64,000 nucleotides of DNA, from positions 1,113-65,112 of the forward strand of contig JAERSV010000039.1 in NCBI GenBank assembly GCA_016845345.1, written 5' to 3'. Source of the stretch: Methanobacteriota archaeon. GTDB lineage: Archaea > Thermoplasmatota > Poseidoniia > Poseidoniales > Thalassarchaeaceae. Below the pieces are notes generated by a model, which saw only the letters and a list, made by a program, of their open reading frames with translations, was not told the origin of the DNA and ran no database searches. Positions 10,101-17,725 of this stretch are shown in pieces (position 1 is the first letter of the stretch; each line of letters starts with the position of its first letter). A program made the position numbers and the translations under genes.

Positions 10101-12364
10101 CCTTTGAATTGTATGATATGCCAGTTTTACCTACAGATGTAACCTTGATGTTATGGCGGGAATGGCAAGATGATAGCGATGGGGATGGAGAAATTGATGC
10201 TGATGAATTCCAACCACAAAATATGGTTATTCCATCAAATCTTTCAATAAATAGAGGAAATTATTCTTTCACTTTTGATGATACATTTGGCCTAGAAGGG
10301 GATTTAATTGCAGGTTATTTGACCGGCTCTGACCCAGCAGGAAATGGTATCATTGGTGGTGGTAGTTCACTTACTAATACTCATTTATTTGTCTATCAAC
10401 TGATGAGTGATGAGGCGCCCAGTATTACTCGTAACGGAGCTGGTTGGGTGGATGGTCCAAGAGATTGGCTTCACCCTTCACCAACATATGGACTAATTAT
10501 TCCATTTGAGGAAGGTAACGGTTTTTCAGATATAGACCATATCAACATCAATTTGGCAGGAAACTCAATTTCAGACCAATTACAAATCCGTTGGAATGCA
10601 AGTGGTGGCGAATGTGTAACACCAAGCCCACACCTAGAGATAGTCAATTGTCATGTACGTGCAAGTGAAGGGGAGATTACTGCATTCACTAGTGATTTGT
10701 ATATTCAGGTAGACTTCAAACTCGCGTGGGATTTACCAGACGAGGGTGACTTGAGAAGGGAACCAGACATCGAGGTAGTTGACCGTGCCGGACAAGGTGA
10801 TTGGTTGGCACTACCTGAATTGTGGTGGCGATTTTCAACTAATTTACAAGTTGAGCCAGATAGCATAATGGTTGAATTATCTGAAGGCAAAAGGTCAGCA
10901 AGTGGTGCGTGGGTAGCGCCAAATAGCAACATCACGATTTCAGGCAGAGTTTCATTTTCGCCGACAGGCGATTTACCCACGGATGAAATGAAAGTCAAAG
11001 TCATGCTTGATGACAAGGGTCCAACAGTTCGCACTGAAAATGGTTGGTGGAGTTCGACTGTAAAGGCCCCAAGTCAGGCCGATTCTGCAATTCCTCTGAC
11101 TTTTGAACTGACAGAATTACCCGCTCAAGCACGGGATGTCACGGATACAGGATTGACGATTCTGTACATCACTGTAGATAACAATCCTCCAATTCCTGTA
11201 AATGTAGTCGGGCCAAGAATTGGAAGTGAAATTCAAGTTTCTGCGCTTTCATCATTAGTAGTAGAACTTCAGGTTAAAGAATATGAACAACTCGACATTG
11301 ATACAGTTCGACTAAACTGGTTAGTCACACATGGCTCAAATCCGTACGGGGATGAAATCGCCAGCGGCCAAAATACAGTGGTTCTACCAGCCCACAACCC
11401 TGCCGGAGAAGCAATTCCGGTAAGAGCAACACTTGAGTTACAATCTGTGATTCCTGCAGTCATGCTGTCTGACGAACTCACGCTTCATGCTTGGATAACA
11501 GGTAAAGACATGGTTGGCAATGAGATGGTATCAGATATCCAATTCAATTCCGAAGGGAGCCCGTTCGCGGCTTGGAGAATACAGCAACTGCAAGCCGATT
11601 TACTTGTGGAAGATGCTGACTTGAGTTACTCAAGAAGTGGAGAAATTGAGTTAGGCGAAACCGTCATGGTGACAGTTGTGGTCCATAATTTAGGTGAGGT
11701 TTATGGGGTCGGGGAACTAACTCTAAAGGAGGTTGATTCGGAGGGTGTTAGCAGAGTTATTACTCCAGTATATGTCACAGTAGGTGTGGACCCAAGTGGC
11801 TCTAGCCAAGCACAAATTGACTGGATTCCTGAGAGTGAAGGGCATTACTTCATCGTTGTCATTATGGATGGTGAAGAGGTTGCAACCGGGGATGTTGTAA
11901 CAGTGACTCAACCGGCAGATACTGGTTTACTCGCTGATTTGAACGCAAAAGGATTTTCCATTGAATGGATTGGAATTCTTGGCGGATTGTTGATTTTATT
12001 AGCCGCAGTAGTTGTAATCGGAATGCGGGCTAGTGGCGCACCTAAGCGAGATTGGTTTGATGAGGATGACGATGCAACAGCCGTAGTTGAGGCTGAAATT
12101 GAACAAAATCAGCAGTGGACTCCTGAACAGATCGCAAATTGGCAACAATCACAAGCACAAGGGATGCAAACTCAGCAAGAGTGGACTCCAGAGCAGATTG
12201 CACAATGGCAACAATCCCAAGCACAAGGCATGCAAACTCAGCAAGAGTGGACACCTGAGCAAATTGCTTGGTGGCAACAGCAACAGATGCAACAATATGG
12301 TCAAACCCAACAGGGTTGGGATGGATATCAACAGGCACAACAAGATTCCACTTATCAGAAATAA
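7142..12364 (+). CDS. Giant (1740 aa) surface protein, lipobox N-terminus, single C-terminal TM, Gln/Trp-rich cytoplasmic repeat tail
   Basis: GTG start preceded by gaggggaggg. The signal FTISLVAC is lipobox-like. A jelly-roll/MAM-like segment ends CCDWWFVDDVRL. Also DDSDGDGEIDADE, the TM helix IEWIGILGGLLILLAAVVVIGM, and 3 x (Q)EWTPEQIAxWQQ repeats. Confidence 0.8.
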   Translation: MKRCAIFLTFIMFTISLVACTPNFSSNITQDGELEKGDINGFASLNSTEVVTINSHPNSVTNSFKVEVPEGEAVRNLSLELSPTALPRSEGISFTAPNDFNQSGATSQGVDYNSSGLQVSAIDEYWSFEGSNNLPTGWTTSNTNYGRINTMSCGTNGSSSRSLTVRHGSVSVTSNQIDLSSLSNGQISFWMREGQSGCGEDPDSSEHMFVEYIKSSGSWGQITYFNAGLGYPYYTPRNVAFNLPNDAFHSNFKFRFRLSHGSGTCCDWWFVDDVRLTKPGGEGNWTTPAFGPSANNANFRSLPGPYGVMSIDTDAPSNAVTWSVLDASNNTPLDGFYERQGNWADLGGIDWQKHPAIRLKVTLEAMGTGSVTKVNGVHIQGLFVNSFDDSPTDWSLIACSWDGDSIVGDGEAYSPTFISRRPISRISTALTVSGGGHLEATIDGGPWVTIPTTGLTNLDGWVHSIQFRWLGQGQYFDLQRFEVELHGSGLPESPLIDLGNDGNEEWGLTNNSIGTWGWQDVLANGNRSIDLKFPNQHNVEFWIPKDSAGDLIFEISPELSTGVTDLQLQLLIGGNVISSWTFGSADESRTLRVGEAEKANLVAELTISQPVYSQSGVEYVAVEMMLDASAGGVRFGGIAIPHSPSAMLHFEPESDFILGLNNLAGSMSATDGWVSLPLSMSWTYLGSMEVTLRELNTGLATEISLESADNLSATLSPSWQMFEFEHNITVESGELAALRYDLVGDNNAITYTVWLGASPLPADTIEGDADAIILPAVFDTGSYTTPAGASGPGICCELHPTLRFSLNASWDDEDLVTLTLRGIMNDGLISLPWVHMFGVGPSQGVENDMEIIDWRVLNDRGITIADETSYLKADSDISVEVEFGFEGLESMFAPRSDDIEVRLLENGIVKAQTNQLVQGVATFNTRTPVATGDVEYAVEFDPLVGGDDVTTIILNRSFEIDSISPIVIYQSVKAHDHLEPSLSQTLTFELYDMPVLPTDVTLMLWREWQDDSDGDGEIDADEFQPQNMVIPSNLSINRGNYSFTFDDTFGLEGDLIAGYLTGSDPAGNGIIGGGSSLTNTHLFVYQLMSDEAPSITRNGAGWVDGPRDWLHPSPTYGLIIPFEEGNGFSDIDHININLAGNSISDQLQIRWNASGGECVTPSPHLEIVNCHVRASEGEITAFTSDLYIQVDFKLAWDLPDEGDLRREPDIEVVDRAGQGDWLALPELWWRFSTNLQVEPDSIMVELSEGKRSASGAWVAPNSNITISGRVSFSPTGDLPTDEMKVKVMLDDKGPTVRTENGWWSSTVKAPSQADSAIPLTFELTELPAQARDVTDTGLTILYITVDNNPPIPVNVVGPRIGSEIQVSALSSLVVELQVKEYEQLDIDTVRLNWLVTHGSNPYGDEIASGQNTVVLPAHNPAGEAIPVRATLELQSVIPAVMLSDELTLHAWITGKDMVGNEMVSDIQFNSEGSPFAAWRIQQLQADLLVEDADLSYSRSGEIELGETVMVTVVVHNLGEVYGVGELTLKEVDSEGVSRVITPVYVTVGVDPSGSSQAQIDWIPESEGHYFIVVIMDGEEVATGDVVTVTQPADTGLLADLNAKGFSIEWIGILGGLLILLAAVVVIGMRASGAPKRDWFDEDDDATAVVEAEIEQNQQWTPEQIANWQQSQAQGMQTQQEWTPEQIAQWQQSQAQGMQTQQEWTPEQIAWWQQQQMQQYGQTQQGWDGYQQAQQDSTYQK
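12113..12310 (+). repeat. 66-bp tandem repeat x3 inside the giant surface-protein gene
   Basis: The TGG of (Q/E)WTPEQIA recurs at 12116, 12182 and 12248 (period 66 bp). It encodes QQEWTPEQIAQWQQSQAQGMQT-type units. Confidence 0.9.
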
Positions 12365-12528
12365 TTTCTCATTTTTCTGCATTAGAAGAAGAAAAATAAT
12401 TCACACTAAAGGTAAAAAAAGTGTGATTTGCGAATCGCCCTAACAATGTTCAGTCAAACTTGCAAGTCATCGGGCGAACAGAATTAATTGTGTTTTTACA
12501 ATCGGTCCGCACCGACATTAAAACAAGG

Positions 12529-12537
12529 AAAAAAAAA
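12529..12537 (-). terminator. Oligo-T (T9) tract downstream of tRNA-Thr
   Basis: A9 on the plus strand equals T9 on the tRNA strand, about 22 nt past the tRNA 3' end. It is flanked by the aaacaag/cttgttt inverted repeat. Archaeal terminators are typically T-runs. Confidence 0.4.
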
Positions 12538-12558
12538 CAATAAAATCTTGTTTTAAAG

Positions 12559-12631
12559 AGCCAACGGAGAGATTTGAACTCCCGACCACCTGATTACAAA
12601 TCAGGAGCACTACCAGCTATGCAACGTTGGC
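12559..12631 (-). tRNA. tRNA-Thr (anticodon UGU)
   Basis: Hand-folded cloverleaf: acceptor GCCAACG/CGTTGGC, D arm GCAT..GTGC, anticodon arm CCTGA-TTTGTAA-TCAGG, T arm GGGAG-TTCAAAT-CTCTC, discriminator T. No encoded CCA. Confidence 0.9.
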
Positions 12632-12724
12632 GCTAAGCAACCCGACACGCCCATTGGTTTTGAATATCACAGTCGGAGTACCGCCCTAACGGTCAAGAAT
12701 GGACGGCCTACACGAGATATTGAA

Positions 12725-13597
12725 ATGAGCGCCCAAGTTCTAGATGGGAAGGCGTGTGGCGCCGAAGTTGAAGCCGAAGTGAAAGCCAAAGTTTCAGTAT
12801 TGAATGAACGTGGAATCACCCCTCACCTAGCCGTAGTAATCGTTGGTGATGACCCAGCGAGTCATGTATATGTGGGGGCAAAAGAGCGCGCTTGCGAGCG
12901 AGTAGGTGTCAAGAGTACCCGCATTGATTTACCCGCTGATAGCGATTTTTCAAAGGTGGTAGATGTTGTTGAAAAACTCAATTCTGACCCCTCAGTGCAT
13001 GGGATTTTGGTGCAATCTCCTCTTCCAAAAGGGATGGATGAGTTAGCGATAACCGATATGATAGATCCTGCCAAAGATGTTGACGGGTTCCATCCCGTGA
13101 ACCTCGGTAGACTCGTACAAGGTCGCGCTGATGGGCTTGTGCCGTGCACACCAGCGGGTGTAATCCGCCTCCTTGAGTGGGGTGGAGTGGATATATCGGG
13201 AAAAAATGCGGTAGTGATAGGGCGCTCACGCATTGTAGGCGCCCCAGTATCACTTTTGTTAGGTCGCAAAGGAGTTGATGCAACAGTAACTATTTCACAT
13301 TCTCGTACCAGTGATATTGCCGATGTCTGCCGCGCAGCAGACATCGTGATTGCAGCGGTTGGTCGCGCTGAGATGGTACAAGCAGATTGGGTCAAGCAAG
13401 GAGCGGCTGTGGTTGATGTTGGAGTAAATCGAGTTGATGACGAAAGCCGCGAGCGAGGCTATCGTTTGGCTGGTGATGTTCATCCTGATGTTGCAGATGT
13501 AGCAGGCCACCTCTCACCAGTACCTGGTGGAGTTGGGCCGATGACGATAGCGATGCTGATGCTCAATACTGTTACAGCCGCTGAATCAAATTCTTGA
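12725..13597 (+). CDS. folD: Bifunctional methylenetetrahydrofolate dehydrogenase/cyclohydrolase
   Basis: LDGKA..., LAVVIVGDDPASHVYV, GILVQSPLP, DVDGFHP.N.G.L, VVIGRSRIVG.P and PVPGGVGPMT are all classic FolD motifs. Confidence 0.92.
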   Translation: MSAQVLDGKACGAEVEAEVKAKVSVLNERGITPHLAVVIVGDDPASHVYVGAKERACERVGVKSTRIDLPADSDFSKVVDVVEKLNSDPSVHGILVQSPLPKGMDELAITDMIDPAKDVDGFHPVNLGRLVQGRADGLVPCTPAGVIRLLEWGGVDISGKNAVVIGRSRIVGAPVSLLLGRKGVDATVTISHSRTSDIADVCRAADIVIAAVGRAEMVQADWVKQGAAVVDVGVNRVDDESRERGYRLAGDVHPDVADVAGHLSPVPGGVGPMTIAMLMLNTVTAAESNS

Positions 13598-13650
13598 GGC
13601 TTAATTCTGATTAGATAAGCACAAATAATCTTCCACATTGTCGTTAAACA

Positions 13651-14997
13651 ATGTCAGTGCGGATAATACCACCTCTGCTCTTCATCCTGCTACTGGCTCC
13701 TATGGCTGCATCGCAAAGCATTGGTGAGGCATTACAAGAATGCCCTGGTACTATGACTGGTAGTACAGAGCCAAGTCAAATCCATTTACAATTAACCGAT
13801 AACCCCTCGGAAGTAGTGGTAATGTGGGCAACCGAACGCAGAGGAAATGCTGTGGTTGAATGGAATGGGCAAAGTGCTGATGGTGATTCATATTGCTATA
13901 ATCATGACATGGCTTTTCACATGGCAACGATGAGTGACTTAACTCCCGGGGAAGAGGTGACTTACCGAGTTGGTGATGGGGGTGACTGGTCACAGGAATA
14001 CAAATTCACTCCAATTGATATAGATGCGAATCGGTTTGAATGGATTGCAATCGCAGATTACGGTGATTCTTCAGAGGCTGTTGATGTAAGTGGAGCGATT
14101 ATTGCTGATACTACTGCACAACTGGTAACAATTTCTGGAGATATATCATATGCTGATGGCGAACAATCAGCTTGGGATGATTGGTTCGTTGACCAAGAGG
14201 CAAGTATGACCCGTATTCCTTGGGTTACTGCAGTTGGGAATCATGAAAATGAGCCGGGTTATGGATTCACCCCGTATGCTCATCGATTTGATGCGGATGA
14301 GATGAAGGAAACGGAACCATTTTGGTATAGCAGAGACTTTGCTGGCGTACACATGGTATTCATGTCAACCGAGCATGATTATGATTTAGGAAGTGCTCAA
14401 TATGCTGCTTTGGAGGCTGATTTGTCAGCGGCTAATGCGAACCGAGAAGAGCGCCCATTCATTGTGGTAATCGCTCACAAACCAATGTATTCAAGCAATA
14501 GTTACCACGGTTCGGAAATGGCTTTGCGTGAAGCGGTTGAAGAGTTATATCAAACTCATAGTGTAGATTTGGTAATTGCTGGGCATGATCATTTCTATGA
14601 GAGAACTTGGCCGGTTTTCCAAGAAGAACCCCAAAGTTTCGGGGGTGAGGATGGTACACTCTTCGGTCAGGGATTTGGTCCGATTCATATTGTGGCTGGT
14701 AATGCTGGACGAACCCCGTATACGGAGGTGGATGAACCCCAACCTGCTTGGTCTGCTTATCGTGAAGTAGATACTTTTGGTTACATGAAAATAATCTATG
14801 ATGAAGAAACCCGTAGCCTGTCCTTCACATTTCATCGTACAGATGAAACAATAGGTGACCAATTCACAATACAGGAAGGTGTTCTGAATGAAAAAGAGGA
14901 TGATACATTCCAATTAATCCCAGGGTTTGGTACACTTTTGCCTTTAATTTCCTTAATCGGTGCTGCCTTTTTACGCCGTGATGTAGTCCTAGATTAA
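13651..14997 (+). CDS. Secreted purple-acid-phosphatase-like metallophosphoesterase with PGF-CTERM anchor signal
   Basis: Signal peptide present. Metallophosphoesterase motifs GDxSYADG, GNHE and AGHDHFYER. C-terminus is IPGFGTLLPLISLIGAAFLRRD (PGF motif + TM + basic). Confidence 0.8.
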   Translation: MSVRIIPPLLFILLLAPMAASQSIGEALQECPGTMTGSTEPSQIHLQLTDNPSEVVVMWATERRGNAVVEWNGQSADGDSYCYNHDMAFHMATMSDLTPGEEVTYRVGDGGDWSQEYKFTPIDIDANRFEWIAIADYGDSSEAVDVSGAIIADTTAQLVTISGDISYADGEQSAWDDWFVDQEASMTRIPWVTAVGNHENEPGYGFTPYAHRFDADEMKETEPFWYSRDFAGVHMVFMSTEHDYDLGSAQYAALEADLSAANANREERPFIVVIAHKPMYSSNSYHGSEMALREAVEELYQTHSVDLVIAGHDHFYERTWPVFQEEPQSFGGEDGTLFGQGFGPIHIVAGNAGRTPYTEVDEPQPAWSAYREVDTFGYMKIIYDEETRSLSFTFHRTDETIGDQFTIQEGVLNEKEDDTFQLIPGFGTLLPLISLIGAAFLRRDVVLD

Positions 14998-15018
14998 TTC
15001 CAAAAATTGGTGACGCAT

Positions 15019-15486
15019 TCATTCTGGCTCATCTGTGTATTCAGTAACTCGAATCCCAAGATTACCGCGCCGCGCTTTGCGTTGCATGATTTTGTCCATT
15101 TTTTTGTGAAAAACTGCCTCTAAATCGACTTCCATCGCCAGCGCATTTCCAAGCGTCAAAATGAATACATCTGCTAATTCTTCGGCGGCTTCTTCAGCCG
15201 GCTTACGCTTAGTAATCGCCGCCGACAACTCCCCCAACTCCTCAATCATCAGAGCCAATCGGTAACCCATGTCGTGCCCGTTATTGTCAGGGTGAGCGAA
15301 ATCGTGTTTTGCGTGGAACTTTGCAACTCTACACATCATCGTCTCAAAAGACCCGTCAGCCGTTCCAGTCTCCCCCAAACCATCCTGATTCGGGTGTGCC
15401 ATCCACTCATTTACATCATGTGCTCGCTCACTCATACCCAACCCTTCTGTGGGCGGGTGAAAATCATTCGTGCGCGCGACGCTCAT
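15019..15486 (-). CDS. MazG-like nucleotide pyrophosphohydrolase
   Basis: MIEELGELSAAITK ... EELADVFILTLGNA is the EExxE/ExxD four-helix MazG signature. ATG 15486 was chosen because the longer ORF start (15558) overlaps the upstream gene by 34 nt. Confidence 0.65.
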   Translation of the reverse strand: MSVARTNDFHPPTEGLGMSERAHDVNEWMAHPNQDGLGETGTADGSFETMMCRVAKFHAKHDFAHPDNNGHDMGYRLALMIEELGELSAAITKRKPAEEAAEELADVFILTLGNALAMEVDLEAVFHKKMDKIMQRKARRGNLGIRVTEYTDEPE

Positions 15487-15524
15487 TTTTCTGGATGAAA
15501 TCTGGCCAAATTCATTTGTAGAAT

Positions 15525-16310
15525 TTAGTTTTTGAGAAGTGAAGTAAGGCATTGCCAAATTATACCGCGCATATCGGCTGCTTTAGCCTCAACAGAGTCG
15601 TGATCTATTGCAGCGTTTGCATCACCCGGTGTCTTTCCAGCAGCCCAATTACTTGAGGCAATTAGACCAACATGAGGAATACCAGTTTCAGCAATCAATC
15701 TAGCCTCTGGTGATATTGTCATACTTGCTGCAGTTGCACCCAAACGAGCGAAAGCCTCTATTTCGGCAGGAGTCTCAAACTGTGGGCCATTAACATGTGA
15801 AACCACATGGTCAAGAGTAAGTTCCTCATCACTTTGAGCACTAAGAACTGGTCGTAAAAGGTCACGAAGGTCACTTGGATAGTGGTGTGTCATGTCAGCG
15901 TGGTGTGCATCTTCTTCTGAGAAAGTCACTGGCATACTAACGAAATCCAAAGTGTGTTCAGCCATTCCAACAATTCCTGGAGGGAAATGTGGGTCAATCG
16001 CTCCGACCGACTGGATTGAAACAATCACATCTGGATTACAGGCTTGTGCTGCCTTCACATTAGCATGATAATTAATCAAATGAGGTGGAGTAGTTTTGCC
16101 ATCCCCATGATGACGGTGAACTATGAAAATCTTAACTTCACTCGATTCAGATGAAGTATTGAGAGTCATTATCTCAAGAGGGACATCACCATAATCCGTT
16201 TGTGCAACCAATGAATCGGTTGCTGATATTGAAAATCCTGAGTTTCCTAAGTCAGCATCAGCAACAAGTTGCTTCATGCCAGTACCGCCGATGACGGCGA
16301 TACGTTTCAT
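15525..16310 (-). CDS. Methylthioadenosine/purine nucleoside phosphorylase family protein
   Basis: IAVIGGTG, HRHHGDG..PPHLINYHANVKA and GPQFETPAEI..GA..ASMT..PEA.LA match the MTAP/PNP-I pattern. Confidence 0.75.
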   Translation of the reverse strand: MKRIAVIGGTGMKQLVADADLGNSGFSISATDSLVAQTDYGDVPLEIMTLNTSSESSEVKIFIVHRHHGDGKTTPPHLINYHANVKAAQACNPDVIVSIQSVGAIDPHFPPGIVGMAEHTLDFVSMPVTFSEEDAHHADMTHHYPSDLRDLLRPVLSAQSDEELTLDHVVSHVNGPQFETPAEIEAFARLGATAASMTISPEARLIAETGIPHVGLIASSNWAAGKTPGDANAAIDHDSVEAKAADMRGIIWQCLTSLLKN

Positions 16311-16321
16311 TCTCCATCACC

Positions 16322-17263
16322 TCACTCGCTGAGTCTTGCAATCAATTCTGCTTTCTTACCGCCAACAGGCTTTCCTGCTGCCTTAAGCAGTTCTTTGAGT
16401 TCTGCAACCTTTAGAGATGAAAGGTCTTGTTCTTCTTCAGCACTGTCATCAGAATCATCGCTTGATTCATCAGCCTCTGCTTCATCCTCTGAATCATCAG
16501 CATCATCTGCTGATTCTTCTTCATCTTCTGAACTGTTTTCATCTTCTTCGCCAGCCATTGCTTTCTCAAGAGCAGCTGCCTTCTTGGCGGCTTGTTCTGC
16601 ATTTGCTCGCTTTTCTTCTTCGTGAATCTCATCTAGAGTTGGTCCATCTTCTGCAACTACTCCTGATTGAATCAATTGGACTTTACGAATCATTACTGTT
16701 CTGGTTGGTTGAATCGCCTTGATTGCATCTACAAGTGTCGTCTCAAGAGCACCACTGAGTATAGATGCTTGGACTTCTAACCAAGTAGAACGGGCAGTAA
16801 ATTGAAGCAAAGTATCTCGCATCAATTTTCGCATCTGACTTTTCTGACTAGACTTGATGCGATTGGCTGCAACTACAACTGGCTTTACTCGCAGGTAATA
16901 TCCATCAGAAGTCACACAATCTACTACATCATCCACCTTGCCGCGGTGTCTGCGGATTTGACGGCGGATGTAATCGCTCTGCAGCGCATGTCCAATATAC
17001 TCGGTTAAAGCATCTTCACCACGAGTGTCTACAACACGGAATCGGAGCTTGACGTGCATCTTTGAGAAGTCGCCATCAACTTCATTTTGGGTAGTTTCGT
17101 AGATCCTTCCCATCAAATGTTCAGGTGTTTCCCCAAGTGTTTCTCCAATGACCTTGAATTGCCAGGGTTGTCGAGGTGCTCGGATGGTGAACCACCGCTT
17201 TGACTTCCACTTATCCCTCTGTTTTCTCGCTGCTGCGCGTGCTTTTGCTCCTTTTGCGGCCAT
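16322..17263 (-). CDS. rps3ae: Ribosomal protein S3Ae (eS1) with ~110-aa C-terminal acidic + SAP-like extension
   Basis: The core KRWFTIRAP...VIGET...SDGYYLRVK...MIRKVQLIQ aligns to S3Ae. Residues ~201-313 are extra (see finding). Confidence 0.9.
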   Translation of the reverse strand: MAAKGAKARAAARKQRDKWKSKRWFTIRAPRQPWQFKVIGETLGETPEHLMGRIYETTQNEVDGDFSKMHVKLRFRVVDTRGEDALTEYIGHALQSDYIRRQIRRHRGKVDDVVDCVTSDGYYLRVKPVVVAANRIKSSQKSQMRKLMRDTLLQFTARSTWLEVQASILSGALETTLVDAIKAIQPTRTVMIRKVQLIQSGVVAEDGPTLDEIHEEEKRANAEQAAKKAAALEKAMAGEEDENSSEDEEESADDADDSEDEAEADESSDDSDDSAEEEQDLSSLKVAELKELLKAAGKPVGGKKAELIARLSE

Positions 17264-17444
17264 TATTGAACACCTGTGGTCTTACGGGGGCTACCCCATT
17301 AGCGTCCCGCCGACCTGCCAGCAGTATTTGAACGGGCCGGCTCACCCGTAGGGTGTGAAAATTTGAATCCATCCGGTAGATGGACTATTTCCTGATTTAA
17401 AATGCTGATTCATGTTTATATACCTTGATAATTCACGTATTGGT

Positions 17445-17630
17445 ATGTCTCACTGCCACGTTTGTGACCAGACTGAAGAAGACGCAGGCGTAAACGCTCG
17501 ATTCTTGTATTGCTTGTGTAACATGCCTTGCTGCCCTGCTCATGGATTTCGATGTAAACATGATTTTGAGTGGGTGTGTCTTGAGTGCCAAGATAGTTGT
17601 ACAGGTACAAACTCAAGATGTAAGGATTAA
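17445..17630 (+). CDS. Hypothetical small Cys/His-rich (zinc-finger-like) protein
   Basis: MSHCHVCDQ...YCLCNMPCCPAHGFRCKHDFEWVCLECQDSC carries 12 Cys and 4 His in 61 aa. No convincing SD, so the coding status is uncertain. Confidence 0.25.
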   Translation: MSHCHVCDQTEEDAGVNARFLYCLCNMPCCPAHGFRCKHDFEWVCLECQDSCTGTNSRCKD

Positions 17631-17725
17631 TTTATAATCAGCTTTGATGACTTCTTATTTGGTTCAATCATTAATTCGGAATTAAGCCGGCATTGTCATT
17701 TATCATATCGCGCCGGCAAAACACA

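Noticed and set aside
12632-12680. TATA/BRE promoter calls for tRNA-Thr, tRNA-Ser and several mRNAs
   Set aside because: AT-rich stretches exist at about -30 (e.g. atattcaaaa upstream of tRNA-Thr). None matches the TTTAWATA consensus well enough to call without TSS data.
12862-13395. 177-aa ORF antisense to folD. The same applies to 24090..24650 antisense to sucC, 38241..38768 antisense to aIF2-alpha, 16269..16625 antisense to the S3Ae acidic tail, and 8980..9396 inside the giant gene.
   Set aside because: The opposite strand carries unmistakable conserved genes in each case. The antisense products are compositionally biased and lack motifs.
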